Shown: one piece after another, positions 27,602-38,287 of the stretch
How positions within the stretch are numbered: position 1 is the stretch's first letter
Layout of the letters: each line of letters starts with the position of its first letter
Source: a virus
Lineage: Duplodnaviria > Caudoviricetes
Virus record (IMG/VR): IMGVR_UViG_3300033072_000360
Location: 129 to 64,128 of that record
Reading direction: 5' to 3' (one strand)
Length of the DNA stretch: 64,000 nt
Program-made: the position numbers and the translations under genes
Notes under the pieces: model-generated
The model's database searches: none
The model's input: only the letters and a program-made list of their open reading frames with translations
Told to the model about the DNA's origin: nothing

Positions 27602-28497
27602 TTCCTTACATAGGTGACTTCCACGACGGTAGGATTGTCCGGTACATGTTCAATACAACCGGATCTAATGGTGCGTCAATAGCTCCGACAACGCTTGGTA
27701 CTGTCAAATGCTATAAGGATAACACTGCTGGATCTGTCAATACTAGTGGTATTACAACTGCGCAATTCAACTCACTTACAGGTGTTTACTCTGTATCTAT
27801 CGATACAACGAATGCATTTTATGTAGAAGGCGCTGATTACACGGTTATCCTTGAAGGATCAACAATTGACGGACAGTCAGTTACGACTCCGTTATTCCAG
27901 TTCAGTATTGCCAACCGCTACGATGCTATAGCCGATGCAGTGTGGCTTGCCACTAGAACTCTTTATGGCACTGGTAATACGATGGGCCACACTATGGAGC
28001 AGTTACGTAAGGCAAACTATATTACAGAAGGCATAGTAACGTCAACACTTACTGCTACAAACTACACATTTTCAACAACCTTGACAAATGAAAATGGATC
28101 ATTAGATCACCAAACATTATTATTTATAACGGGTAACCATATTGGTACATCTATCCCAATAATGAGTTACAGCCTAACCAATGGTGCAGTGACACTAGAA
28201 GAGCCGTTGCATCAACCACCGGGTACTGGAGACGAATTTGTCATACTTCCACAACACGTCCATGCTGTAATCGATATTGCAGACGGCTTACTTAATAGGT
28301 TATTGGATAGTTCTGATTCAAGCGTAGATGCATTCAATGAGCGAACAGTGAGATCAGCTTTGCGGGCAATGCGAAATAAAGTCTCGGTTGCATCTGGAAC
28401 AATGGTTGTTTATAAAGAGAATGACACCGATGCAGCTTGGGAAGGCACAGTAAGTAATACTGCTAATGTCACAGTCAACCCTGATGGAGGTAATTAA
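27598..28497 (+). CDS. virion protein C1
   Basis: C-terminus IADGLLNRLLDSS...RTVRSALRAMRNKV shared with 29880-30695. Confidence 0.65.
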   Translation: MIPYIGDFHDGRIVRYMFNTTGSNGASIAPTTLGTVKCYKDNTAGSVNTSGITTAQFNSLTGVYSVSIDTTNAFYVEGADYTVILEGSTIDGQSVTTPLFQFSIANRYDAIADAVWLATRTLYGTGNTMGHTMEQLRKANYITEGIVTSTLTATNYTFSTTLTNENGSLDHQTLLFITGNHIGTSIPIMSYSLTNGAVTLEEPLHQPPGTGDEFVILPQHVHAVIDIADGLLNRLLDSSDSSVDAFNERTVRSALRAMRNKVSVASGTMVVYKENDTDAAWEGTVSNTANVTVNPDGGN

Positions 28498-28754
28498 TGT
28501 TTTCTTTGTGTGTTACCAGTGTTGGCATAAATGATTCAGGTAGATGGTATGTATCCTTTAGTGATGACACATCTATAGAGTTTTCATCAGAGGAAGATTA
28601 CGTCGCCTACTGCACAGGTAGTACGCTTGCATCTGCTGCATCTGAGTCTGTTCGTCGCTTAGCAGCATCTCTTGTTTTTAACTCATCTACTAATATTGGG
28701 CGCGTGATCACATTTGACCCAAATAACACTGATGGCAATTTTGTAAAAGGCTAA
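28497..28754 (+). CDS. small protein A2 of duplicated tail cassette
   Basis: 85 aa, TAATG-coupled. Confidence 0.6.
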   Translation: MFSLCVTSVGINDSGRWYVSFSDDTSIEFSSEEDYVAYCTGSTLASAASESVRRLAASLVFNSSTNIGRVITFDPNNTDGNFVKG

Positions 28755-28756
28755 TC

Positions 28757-29887
28757 ATGGCAGGTATTTATTTTGCATACCCAGACATTCTGATGCCATC
28801 AAGTGCAGCTGTAGCATTTAGTGCCGTTGCTGTAAACGGCACAAGTGACTTTCAGGGCATGGCTTGTGCAGCTGAGGAAGATATGACTATTACAAAAGTA
28901 GGAGTCATTCCATCTGGACGAACAGGATCACCGGGAAACGTTGCCAACGGCTGCAGGCTTGGCATTGTGTATATTGATGCAACAACGGGATTCCCTGCTG
29001 TGCCTCCCGTGTGGGCAGATGCGACATTCTCTGGGGCTGCCGGAACTGCATATCAAGACTTTAATGCAACTACAGGTATTACTACAGGTGTATTTCTAGA
29101 GGCAACTCTAACAACACCCGTTGCGGTCACTAAAGGCGAAATATTCGGAATACTTTTTGATCCTGTTGCTGGAACGTGGGACACAACCAATTTAATAAAC
29201 ATTGTCCGTGGCGTAAATACTGCTTATCCATATAAGCGATTCCCATATGGATATGAGGTCACTGGTGCCGGATTTGCTATGGCAAACACAGCTCATCCAA
29301 TATTTATGTATAAGTCTTCTACTAAAACATATGGGTTTCCATACCAGTCGTTTACGGGTGTGAACGTTTCTAATACATCAACTCCTGATGAATTTGGAAT
29401 GTATTTCCGTATACCGACTGGAACATGCAGCACATATAAAGTTGCTGGATTGCGATTGGGTTTTGTTCCGGGTTCTGCTAATTTTGATGTTTTGTTATAT
29501 GACACCGATGGAACAACTGTTTTACATAGTGTTGCTGTTGATGGAAATATAATGCACACAATTAACGGAGCTGCGTTTGATTTTGAATTTACATCAACAA
29601 CATTAGCTACGTTGAATGCTGGTAGTTATTACAGATTAGTAGTCAGGCCATCAACTGGTACAAATATGGGTTCAGTTCAGTATGCTACATTTCCTGTAGC
29701 TGCCGACAAAGAAGCTATCCTTCCAGTCGCTGCTGACGTACAGTACACATCTAGAGTTAATGCTGGTGCATGGACAGAAGTGACTAACCAATTATGGACA
29801 ATGCAAGCGTTAATAGTTGACATGACAGCATCTACTGGCGGCGGCATGTTAGTCCATCCGGGGATGACAGGAGGAATACGTGGCTAA
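28757..29887 (+). CDS. virion beta-sandwich protein B2 (paralog of B1)
   Basis: STPDEFGMYFRIPTG vs STPNEIGNYFRLPTG; LNAGSYYRL vs LTPGSYYRI. Confidence 0.65.
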   Translation: MAGIYFAYPDILMPSSAAVAFSAVAVNGTSDFQGMACAAEEDMTITKVGVIPSGRTGSPGNVANGCRLGIVYIDATTGFPAVPPVWADATFSGAAGTAYQDFNATTGITTGVFLEATLTTPVAVTKGEIFGILFDPVAGTWDTTNLINIVRGVNTAYPYKRFPYGYEVTGAGFAMANTAHPIFMYKSSTKTYGFPYQSFTGVNVSNTSTPDEFGMYFRIPTGTCSTYKVAGLRLGFVPGSANFDVLLYDTDGTTVLHSVAVDGNIMHTINGAAFDFEFTSTTLATLNAGSYYRLVVRPSTGTNMGSVQYATFPVAADKEAILPVAADVQYTSRVNAGAWTEVTNQLWTMQALIVDMTASTGGGMLVHPGMTGGIRG

Positions 29888-30695
29888 GCAATTAGTACAA
29901 CTAAATAACACTAGTCGCAGTGAGTATGTATTTATACAGAACTCGTCTAGTACTACTGGTGCAGGATTAACTGGACTTACGTATTTATCTGCTGGTATGT
30001 CTGCAACGTACGTAGTAGAACGTGGCACTCCCGGATCATTGAGTTTTGCATCACTTACGAACGCTAATGATCCTTGGGTGTCAGGTGGTTTCATTGAGGT
30101 TAGTGCAGCATTACTCCCCGGTGTATATCGATACGATGTACCAAACATAGTATTTCAGACTGCCGACAAAGCAGTGCTCATGATAAAGGGAGCAACTAAT
30201 ATGGCTCCTGTAGTTCTTGAATATCAGATCGTAGCATTTAATCCAGATGATTCTGTTCGGCTTGGCCTTACAGCTTTGCCAAACGCATCCGCAGGAGCGG
30301 CTGGTGGATTACCAACTGGTAACGCATCTGGACAGGTTACAGTCGCAGGAACGGCAACGGGTGCCATTACTAGTTCATCTTTCACTGCTGGTGCTATTGA
30401 TGCAAATGCCATTGCGACTGATGCAATCACAAGTGCTGAGTTGTCAGCTACAGCTGTTGCTGAAATAGCTGATGGCATACTAGCTCGCAAGTTAGACAGT
30501 TCGGGTAACGAAACCTCCATCACTGCAACAGAACAACGCACGGTGCGAGCTGCTCTTCGTTATTTGAGAAACAAAGTGGCAGCAAACACTGCTACAATGA
30601 CCGTATATCAGGAAGACGATACGACGCAGGCGTGGACGTCGGCAATTACTGCTGATGCTACAGCTGCGCCTATTACTATTAGTGATCCAACTTAG
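29880..30695 (+). CDS. virion protein C2 (paralog of C1 at the C-terminus)
   Basis: IADGILARKLDSS...RTVRAALRYLRNKV. Confidence 0.65.
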   Translation: MAKQLVQLNNTSRSEYVFIQNSSSTTGAGLTGLTYLSAGMSATYVVERGTPGSLSFASLTNANDPWVSGGFIEVSAALLPGVYRYDVPNIVFQTADKAVLMIKGATNMAPVVLEYQIVAFNPDDSVRLGLTALPNASAGAAGGLPTGNASGQVTVAGTATGAITSSSFTAGAIDANAIATDAITSAELSATAVAEIADGILARKLDSSGNETSITATEQRTVRAALRYLRNKVAANTATMTVYQEDDTTQAWTSAITADATAAPITISDPT

Positions 30696-30704
30696 GAGTG
30701 AATT

Positions 30705-31187
30705 ATGGCAGCAAACGTAGCATTTTCAGAGTGGAGTAGTAGACTTGTGTTGAACACACTGAGTCAATCAACTGGCACAATCACCAAGGGCACATTTGTT
30801 GCCGGAGGTACAGTTATTCCCACTACATTGTATTTGGCAATTTTAACAGGTGTTCCATCGACCGACACTGGTACAGGGCTTGTTGAATTTACTGGATATT
30901 CGGGAGGTCGTCCGAGTATTGCATTTAATGTTGCAGCTACTGGCACGGCGACTACAGCGCAAAAAATTACCGCCCCATCATCTGGCACAATTACGTACAC
31001 CATTACTGCCGCTGGGCCAACGTCTATTACAGGCATTGCAGTTTGCTGTCATCCTAGTGCGACGCTAGACATGACTGCAGCCACAGGCAATGTTTTGTGG
31101 TATGGCGATTTATCTTCATCAGTAAGTGTTGTTGCTACGGATGTACTTACTTTCAATACAACTAGCATAACAATCGATCTGTACTAA
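30705..31187 (+). CDS. tail fibre-associated protein (Gp80-like)
   Basis: LYLAILTGVP...ITGIAV...GNVLWYGDL...DVLTFNTTSITI pattern. Confidence 0.55.
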   Translation: MAANVAFSEWSSRLVLNTLSQSTGTITKGTFVAGGTVIPTTLYLAILTGVPSTDTGTGLVEFTGYSGGRPSIAFNVAATGTATTAQKITAPSSGTITYTITAAGPTSITGIAVCCHPSATLDMTAATGNVLWYGDLSSSVSVVATDVLTFNTTSITIDLY

Positions 31188-31194
31188 GGACTAA

Positions 31195-32601
31195 ATGGCC
31201 ACACCTCCCGGTGGGCGAGCCAGAATTGGTATTCTCGGTAGGCCTTATGGTTTTACTACAACGGCACTTACCGGGACAGCTGGATTATCGTCAAGAGCAC
31301 AAGTTACTGCAGCTGCGAATAACGTAAAATTTGCGGCTGCTGCTCTTTCGTCTAATGCCGTAACTACTGCGGTAGCAATTACTGTTACTCCCGCATCCTC
31401 ATTAATTAGTGGTAATGGTTCAGTAACAGCAACTGCTGTTGTTTTTACACCAGTAATAAAGTTTGCTGACGCATTGTCGTCAGGTCGCGGTCAAATTACT
31501 GCAAACCCACCAGCGCGTACGAGATTAGCATCTGCTGGACTTGAGGGTAGAGCAGTAATAACGGCGTTAGCGATTAAGGTAAAAAATGCGGCAGCCAGTA
31601 TTTCTGGTAATACAGCAGTAGCCGCTACTGGCTTTGCTGTATCAATTGCTAGTGCCGGGTTGTCATCAAGAGCACAAGTCACAGTAATTGCATATAACAA
31701 AAAACAATCTACTGTTGCGCTGTCTGGAAGTGCTGTAGTTTCCGCTACTGGAAACAAAAACGGAACGCAGTCAGCATTAAGCACGCTGTCTGGAAACGCA
31801 GCCATTACAGCAACAGCTGTCGTTGTAAGTCCCGCAAGTTCAGTAATATCCGGCAATGCCATTTTAATTGCCACAGGCACACGCAGTAAAAGTGCAGTGT
31901 CAACTATCTCTGGCAGAGCGACAATTACTGCTATTGCAGTCAAAGTAACAACAAAACTTGCCACCGCAAACATCTCTGGTAATGCGGTAATTACTGCCAC
32001 AGGCATAAAGTCGTCAGGTAAAAATGCATCGTCAAACCTATCCTGTCGCGCACAGATTGTAGCCACTGGATCACGCCAAGTATTTGCCAATATATCTGCG
32101 CGGTCTGTTATTACTGCGGTTGCGTCAAACAGCAATGCTAGATCCGCTATTTCTGGTTTTGCAAATGTAAATGCTCAGGCTTCATCTGCAACTGCTCGCA
32201 CGTCAATTTCCTGTAACGCAACACTTACAGCTACTGTAATACGCAGTAGAAATTATTCGGTAGCGGCTTTACTGGAATGTCGAGCTGTACTACTTGCTAA
32301 TGCAACTCCACCTCCACAAGCTTGTGAGTGCCCGCCATGGATTGTTGATGACAACACAACATGTGGTTGGACCGCACCCGGTATGTGCGTCAGCCAAGTT
32401 GATGCTGATTTGCCTTACACTCTGCCCATATTTAGGATACATATGCTATCCCGTTTGCCGTCTGATCAATTAGTATGCGCATGTGGATACGCAAGGCAAC
32501 AGGAATCAACTGCAGCATACACAGTCGAACTGCCAACTCAAAATGTGTACAATGTTTTTGCTAGTGCAGCAGGTACATATGTACGTAAAGGATGCGAATA
32601 A
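31195..32601 (+). CDS. Ala/Ser/Thr-rich repeat virion protein
   Basis: Repeats of about 21 aa (A/S)xx(L/I)SG(N/R/S)A x (I/V)TATA; Cys-rich C-terminal region. Confidence 0.65.
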   Translation: MATPPGGRARIGILGRPYGFTTTALTGTAGLSSRAQVTAAANNVKFAAAALSSNAVTTAVAITVTPASSLISGNGSVTATAVVFTPVIKFADALSSGRGQITANPPARTRLASAGLEGRAVITALAIKVKNAAASISGNTAVAATGFAVSIASAGLSSRAQVTVIAYNKKQSTVALSGSAVVSATGNKNGTQSALSTLSGNAAITATAVVVSPASSVISGNAILIATGTRSKSAVSTISGRATITAIAVKVTTKLATANISGNAVITATGIKSSGKNASSNLSCRAQIVATGSRQVFANISARSVITAVASNSNARSAISGFANVNAQASSATARTSISCNATLTATVIRSRNYSVAALLECRAVLLANATPPPQACECPPWIVDDNTTCGWTAPGMCVSQVDADLPYTLPIFRIHMLSRLPSDQLVCACGYARQQESTAAYTVELPTQNVYNVFASAAGTYVRKGCE

Positions 32602-35600
32602 TGCCTACACGCAAATCATCTACGGGACAACAGCCATTTCAATTAGGGGATCGAAACTTTATTGGTATCGATACATACACAGCTGCCAATAGATTACAGG
32701 ATGGATATTTTCAAGACCTTCAAAACATGATGGTTTATGGAAATGCACTACAACCACGAAACGGCTGGGCTACGTGTTGGCATTCCTCTACTGGTGACTT
32801 TAATCCCGGAACTGGTTATCCAATTTACGAATTGACAACATTGAAAAACAAAGGGACCAAAAGTAAACTTTTGTTCGCGTCTTACAACGGAACCACACAT
32901 GGACTGTATTACTACGACACAGTTAATTATGGTCAACTAAACAATACATACACGCAACTGACTGACCGTCGTACTGGATCTAACTTTTCATTTTTAGACA
33001 GCAAAAACGTACGCATGACACAATATGGTAAATACGTTTATGGGGTTGACGGCAAAAACAATATGTTTCGCGTCAAGATGAATGGGCAGATACCGGAAGC
33101 GGAAACAATACCTGTCCTTGACGACATGACGAAATATAAACCTAAAGCTACGGCTTCACCTATTAATGTAATGCCGGGCAATCAACTTAGCCGATCATAT
33201 ACAACTCCTATTGACACGAGTGGCTTTAGTTCTGCGCCATACACGTTGACTAACCTTATAGTAAATGGCACTTTCTCCTCTGCTACAGCAAGCGGATTTG
33301 GAGAGTGGAACTATGCAACTGCCGACTTGCAAAGAGTAAGCAGTGGAACAAAGGTTGTTTCTGGAATTACATATAACGTCTTTGCTCCTGTTACTGGAAC
33401 AACACCTAACGTCAAAAATGTAAACAACATGATTTTGACTAGAGATGGTACAGGTAGTCAATTCTGTATGAAGTTTGACCACATACAAGATTTTATGTAT
33501 CAAGACATTGACGTCCGGGCAAACACAGTCACTTATGACGAACAACCAATTACATTTACTGCATGGAATACTGACTCTACAGTTACAGTTACACTAGGCA
33601 ATGTATCTATTGTCGGCGCAAATACATTTGCAGCTGGTGACAGAATAGCGTTTAAAACATCTACAGTTACAAATATTACTGCTGGTACAACTTACTTTGT
33701 TAGTGCTACTGGATTGTCAACTAGTGCTTTTCAGATATCTGCTACATCTGGAGGAGCATCAATTACGCCAACTGGTGGCACTGGTGGGAGTTTTGCAGTT
33801 ACCTTAAACACCGTAATTACTACAACTGTAAATCACAATCTTGTTGTTGGACAAGCAATTAAGTTTAGTACCGCTACTGGTGGTCCTACTGTAGGTACAT
33901 TTTATTATGTAACCTCCGTGCCAGCAGCAAATAAATTAACGGTTACTGCAACGTCAGTTATTACTGGTGCAACACCATTTGCTTTTACGTCAGCAGTAGC
34001 ATTAAACGCAAACACAATGACTATTCAACACAATGCGGGCATGTACGTGTTGACATTTTATGTGTACAACCAAGACGACCTTACAAACTTTGTCAGCAAC
34101 AACACATTGGATGTATATGTGCGAGGATACAAAAACACTGGGACAACAGCTTATTCATCGAGTGACATGATTACCGGGGCAGAGGTGTATTACAGCGCAC
34201 AGGCAGCCACCGCACAGACATCAAGCGACTGGCAGAAATTTCAGATTTTAGTAGATTTTAGAGAGTTCGACAAATTATTAACTGGACTACAGGTTAGAAT
34301 TGCTGCTGCATTTGACAGGGGCGGAGATTCATTTGTTTTTGTTGACGACGTCTCTTTATATGCTGTCAATTCTGCCTTAAAAATTGCATCTGTTCAAGAT
34401 GATTCCAAGAACCTGTTAAAGTTTAGTGCGTCTCAGTCCAATACAGTATTCGTATCTAACACAACCCCAACAAATGCATTTGCTAATTACTTACAAAATG
34501 AATATATAAAAATAAACTTATCCACCCCCGTGACGTTTACGACAGTTAATGGACAGCCAACCATAACTACAAGCTCTGCTCACAACTTAAATGTTGGTGA
34601 CATTGTTTACTTTACTAATACAACTGGAGGAGTAGCTACATCGACTAGTTATTACGTTCTAACAGTGCCGACGACAACTACTTTTACAATTACGACAAAC
34701 AGTGCTGTTACGGGTACACCGTTTTTATTTACTGCAACGATGATTGCAACGCAGAATTACTACACGCAAAAATTTGATTTACGCACTACTCAGTCATTAA
34801 GCATAAGGGCAAATTTATCCGACAGGCTAGATCAATCTGTGCCGCCGTTCAGCCTTGGAATAAGGACGGATAATACTACTGAATTTACTGGTCAGTGCAG
34901 ATTTGATAAGTCGCTTGGGTATCTAACGTTTGAATTGTTTCCCATTAGCGCATCAACACGTAGTGCTGTGTCAACAATATATTTGAAATTTGATACAGAC
35001 CTTGTGGACATTTACGATAATGAATGGGTGTTAAGCCTAGGTGAAATTACAAAGCAAGGAGCTTTGACACCACAAACAAAATACGCATATTCATTCACGT
35101 TATGGACGCCGTATACATTACCTACAAGTGGAACATCACCATATTGGAGTTCGGTTAACTTTACTGCATCTAATGGCAACGCGACTATTACTACGTCAAC
35201 AGCGCATAAATTAGGTGTTGGTTCTAAATTAACATTTACTGGAACAACTGGCGGTGTTGCAACTGGAACAACGTATTACATTTTAGATGTGCCAACCACA
35301 ACAACATTTACCATAACAACCGACGCAAGCTTGACGTCATCGGCGTTTTTATTTACAGCTAATGTCACCCTTGGGGCAAATCAATTTACGCCTACACCAG
35401 ATCTCCCTAGCGGAGATGGGCTTGAAACTTCTGCAACTGGTTATTCAACAGATGTCGTGATTACGGAAGCGATAAACAAGGTCAGCATTGAACTTGCTAC
35501 TACTGACTTACGTATTACGACGACTAGCAGTGGTCATTACTACAAGTACGCGTGTGTATACAGAAAGAATCTTTTAACTGGAGACAATGTAGCTAGGCTT

Positions 35601-37010
35601 ATTGGCATTGTAGATTTAGACACAGGCTCAGCATATTCTGATGGTACTAAGTGGGAAGGATTTAGTTCGTCAATGTCCGGCTCTACCATAACCGTAGTAG
35701 ACCAAGTACCAGACACACATCTATTATTTGACAACGGTCCCGGAGTACGAGGTTATAGATTACGTGTTGGTAAAGATCAATTTCCTTCTGGATGCGATTG
35801 CATAGGCGTATATAACATGCGTTTATTTGCATCAAAAAAGAATACTATTTATTGCAGTTGGTTACTAAACACAAGTAATGAATACGGCATATACACAACG
35901 TTAATCAGCGATGCAACCGACCCTGAGGTAGCGATTAAAGGAGCTGCATTTACACTGAGTAATCAAATTGATCAAGAACAAGTTATGGGCATGATTGCAA
36001 TTCAAGGTGACGGATTGATGCGAGACAACAGTACGTCAGCTGCGTTAGTTATTATGAGGGAAAGTGCAACTTATCTCCTTACGGGAGATAGTCCTCATAA
36101 CTTTGCTAATCAGGGATTTTTACAATCAAATGGTTCAGGACTTGTTGCCAAAAGAGGTTACGCCATGTTTATGGGTCAACTTGTCTTGACAACACCTAAC
36201 GGAATAATGGAAATGAAGTCAACAAGTTTGATACCAAAAGGTCAACAACTTGAAGGAGTTTTAAATCCACGAAGTCAAGATTATAACAATGGAACCGGAT
36301 CTTACGGTTATATACCAGCTTCTGCATATGCCGACATAACGATGTGTGTGCACGATAGAAAATTAGTTGTATTGGCTCCAACGTCGGCTGATACGTCATC
36401 AACAACTAATAGTGTTATCTATGTATACGACTCACGCCTTGGGACTCCTGACCCACGTGCAGCACAACAAGGCATTGACCTACGCAGCGGTGGTTGGGTT
36501 AACTGGACAAATCCCACGGGCGTAAAGTTTACATCCGCAATTGCTGTAGAAACATCTGACGATACGCAAGACTTGTACGCAGGTTCACGTGCGGGAAAAT
36601 TATACAAGTTTGACAAGCATGTTGATCAAACGTATTCAAGCGCAAGTCCATCTACTCGAAACAATTTGCCAATTCAGTGGTCAATTAAGACGCGCAAGTA
36701 TGGTCAATCATATGCAGAAAGTGGCATTTATTACAGTGCAAATAAATTACACAGTTTAAATTTCCACATCGACAATCAAGACACAACAGCGTTAAATACG
36801 CAATGGTTTATTACGGGCCAAAAAGGATATGCTACAAGTGGGTACTTTACGTTTCCTGCTAATACCGACAAAGTTATTTCTATCCGCAGCATTAGTAGGA
36901 CAGCTGACCAGCAAACGTTCGATATAAAATTAACGGGAACATCTATTGGTAAATGGAAGTTGTATGGTGTTCATGCATTAACGACAGAAGGTAACACACC
37001 AAGGAGTTAA
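32601..37010 (+). CDS. tail nozzle/hub protein (P22 gp10 / T7 gp12-like) with inserted modules
   Basis: About 1470 aa; N- and C-terminal propeller-like segments (FIGIDT...LQNM; YNMRLFAS; WSIKTRKY) around Thr-rich repeated modules; precedes the ejection genes. Confidence 0.6.
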   Translation: MPTRKSSTGQQPFQLGDRNFIGIDTYTAANRLQDGYFQDLQNMMVYGNALQPRNGWATCWHSSTGDFNPGTGYPIYELTTLKNKGTKSKLLFASYNGTTHGLYYYDTVNYGQLNNTYTQLTDRRTGSNFSFLDSKNVRMTQYGKYVYGVDGKNNMFRVKMNGQIPEAETIPVLDDMTKYKPKATASPINVMPGNQLSRSYTTPIDTSGFSSAPYTLTNLIVNGTFSSATASGFGEWNYATADLQRVSSGTKVVSGITYNVFAPVTGTTPNVKNVNNMILTRDGTGSQFCMKFDHIQDFMYQDIDVRANTVTYDEQPITFTAWNTDSTVTVTLGNVSIVGANTFAAGDRIAFKTSTVTNITAGTTYFVSATGLSTSAFQISATSGGASITPTGGTGGSFAVTLNTVITTTVNHNLVVGQAIKFSTATGGPTVGTFYYVTSVPAANKLTVTATSVITGATPFAFTSAVALNANTMTIQHNAGMYVLTFYVYNQDDLTNFVSNNTLDVYVRGYKNTGTTAYSSSDMITGAEVYYSAQAATAQTSSDWQKFQILVDFREFDKLLTGLQVRIAAAFDRGGDSFVFVDDVSLYAVNSALKIASVQDDSKNLLKFSASQSNTVFVSNTTPTNAFANYLQNEYIKINLSTPVTFTTVNGQPTITTSSAHNLNVGDIVYFTNTTGGVATSTSYYVLTVPTTTTFTITTNSAVTGTPFLFTATMIATQNYYTQKFDLRTTQSLSIRANLSDRLDQSVPPFSLGIRTDNTTEFTGQCRFDKSLGYLTFELFPISASTRSAVSTIYLKFDTDLVDIYDNEWVLSLGEITKQGALTPQTKYAYSFTLWTPYTLPTSGTSPYWSSVNFTASNGNATITTSTAHKLGVGSKLTFTGTTGGVATGTTYYILDVPTTTTFTITTDASLTSSAFLFTANVTLGANQFTPTPDLPSGDGLETSATGYSTDVVITEAINKVSIELATTDLRITTTSSGHYYKYACVYRKNLLTGDNVARLIGIVDLDTGSAYSDGTKWEGFSSSMSGSTITVVDQVPDTHLLFDNGPGVRGYRLRVGKDQFPSGCDCIGVYNMRLFASKKNTIYCSWLLNTSNEYGIYTTLISDATDPEVAIKGAAFTLSNQIDQEQVMGMIAIQGDGLMRDNSTSAALVIMRESATYLLTGDSPHNFANQGFLQSNGSGLVAKRGYAMFMGQLVLTTPNGIMEMKSTSLIPKGQQLEGVLNPRSQDYNNGTGSYGYIPASAYADITMCVHDRKLVVLAPTSADTSSTTNSVIYVYDSRLGTPDPRAAQQGIDLRSGGWVNWTNPTGVKFTSAIAVETSDDTQDLYAGSRAGKLYKFDKHVDQTYSSASPSTRNNLPIQWSIKTRKYGQSYAESGIYYSANKLHSLNFHIDNQDTTALNTQWFITGQKGYATSGYFTFPANTDKVISIRSISRTADQQTFDIKLTGTSIGKWKLYGVHALTTEGNTPRS

Positions 37011-37013
37011 CGT

Positions 37014-37469
37014 ATGCCTACATTTGGAACTCCGGTAACTATTGATCCTCGCAGAGGCGTACCCAGCAATAGGTTAGGTCCGGGACAAACGTCTGTTGTT
37101 TTAAAAGAAAACAATTATGTTGGAATGCCGTCAGTTCCTTACAAGGCATCAACAACTCAGATTGAATTAGTCGATGCAAGTAGGACGTTGGAATATTCAC
37201 CAAACATATTGGTGTGTGACGTAACAACAGCATCAATTACATTGACCTTGCCAAATGCAGCAGGATTCATTGGCACAGTTATAAGGGTAGTGAAATTTGA
37301 CGCAGGTACTAATACAATTAGTTTTGCAGTTCAGGGAACCGATACGCTTTGGATCAACTCAGGTTTGACTAGTTTGTCTAAGCAATACGAAAGTATAGAC
37401 TTGATGTCAATATTTACGTCAACTGGTGCATACGGATGGATAGCACTAATGAATAAGGTAGTTGTGTAG
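37014..37469 (+). CDS. small tail/fibre beta-sandwich protein
   Basis: DVTTASITLTLPNAA...IRVVKFDAGTNTISFAVQGTDTL motif common in phage tail proteins. Confidence 0.55.
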   Translation: MPTFGTPVTIDPRRGVPSNRLGPGQTSVVLKENNYVGMPSVPYKASTTQIELVDASRTLEYSPNILVCDVTTASITLTLPNAAGFIGTVIRVVKFDAGTNTISFAVQGTDTLWINSGLTSLSKQYESIDLMSIFTSTGAYGWIALMNKVVV

Positions 37470-37484
37470 TAAACTGGAGATATT

Positions 37485-38273
37485 ATGGACCCAATCACAG
37501 CAGGTTTAATCACCAACGTAGTAGGTTCTGCGTTTAAGCCAAAAGCGCAATACAACCCAATGATGCAGCATCAAATGGCTGCAATGAATGCTAAAAAGAG
37601 TTACATACCCTATTTTAATGATTTGATTAAACAGGGTAGCGGCTTGCAGAAGTCCTATATGCCGAAGGCTCAGAAGATGGCGGATATGAGCATTGAGAAT
37701 GCTAATAAGCCATTATCTGACACGGATTTATTTAAAGGTATTGGGCCAATGGCATCCGTGTTGCAAAGACAGGGTGATGCAGTAACATCTAATGCAACAA
37801 ACATCGGGTCTCAACGCGGATTATATAACCCAATGGGTGGATGGCTTGGTTCCGGAATGGATCCAAATGCTGGCACTAACGCGGCTATTGCAGGAGCAGG
37901 TGCTCAGTTTGCTAATCAATATGAATTGGGCAAACAAGACAGATTAAACAACGCATTTGGAATCGCCAACAGTATGGCCGGACAAGGTACAAACATGATG
38001 CAAGGTGGCATCAACGGTGCGCAGGGCGCATGGAGCGACTTTGGTCAAGAGGCGGGAAACATTGGAGCACAACAGCTTCAGGCACAGCAGGCAGCTCAAG
38101 CTCAACATGCTCAGTTAATGAACATGCTTGGGACTTATTGGGGCAATCAATATGCCAACAATCAGTTTAATAAACAACTTGGATTACAACGTGAGGCAAA
38201 TGCTATTGCAAAGGCCGGAGCTGGCGGTGGATTCAAGGGGCCAACTGCACCAGACGGAACCCCGTTAGCATAA
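37485..38273 (+). CDS. DNA pilot/ejection protein 1
   Basis: Gly/Gln/Met/Ala-rich, MDPITAGLI start; first of three genes of increasing size after the nozzle. Confidence 0.6.
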   Translation: MDPITAGLITNVVGSAFKPKAQYNPMMQHQMAAMNAKKSYIPYFNDLIKQGSGLQKSYMPKAQKMADMSIENANKPLSDTDLFKGIGPMASVLQRQGDAVTSNATNIGSQRGLYNPMGGWLGSGMDPNAGTNAAIAGAGAQFANQYELGKQDRLNNAFGIANSMAGQGTNMMQGGINGAQGAWSDFGQEAGNIGAQQLQAQQAAQAQHAQLMNMLGTYWGNQYANNQFNKQLGLQREANAIAKAGAGGGFKGPTAPDGTPLA

Positions 38274-38287
38274 TAGAGGATAAATAA

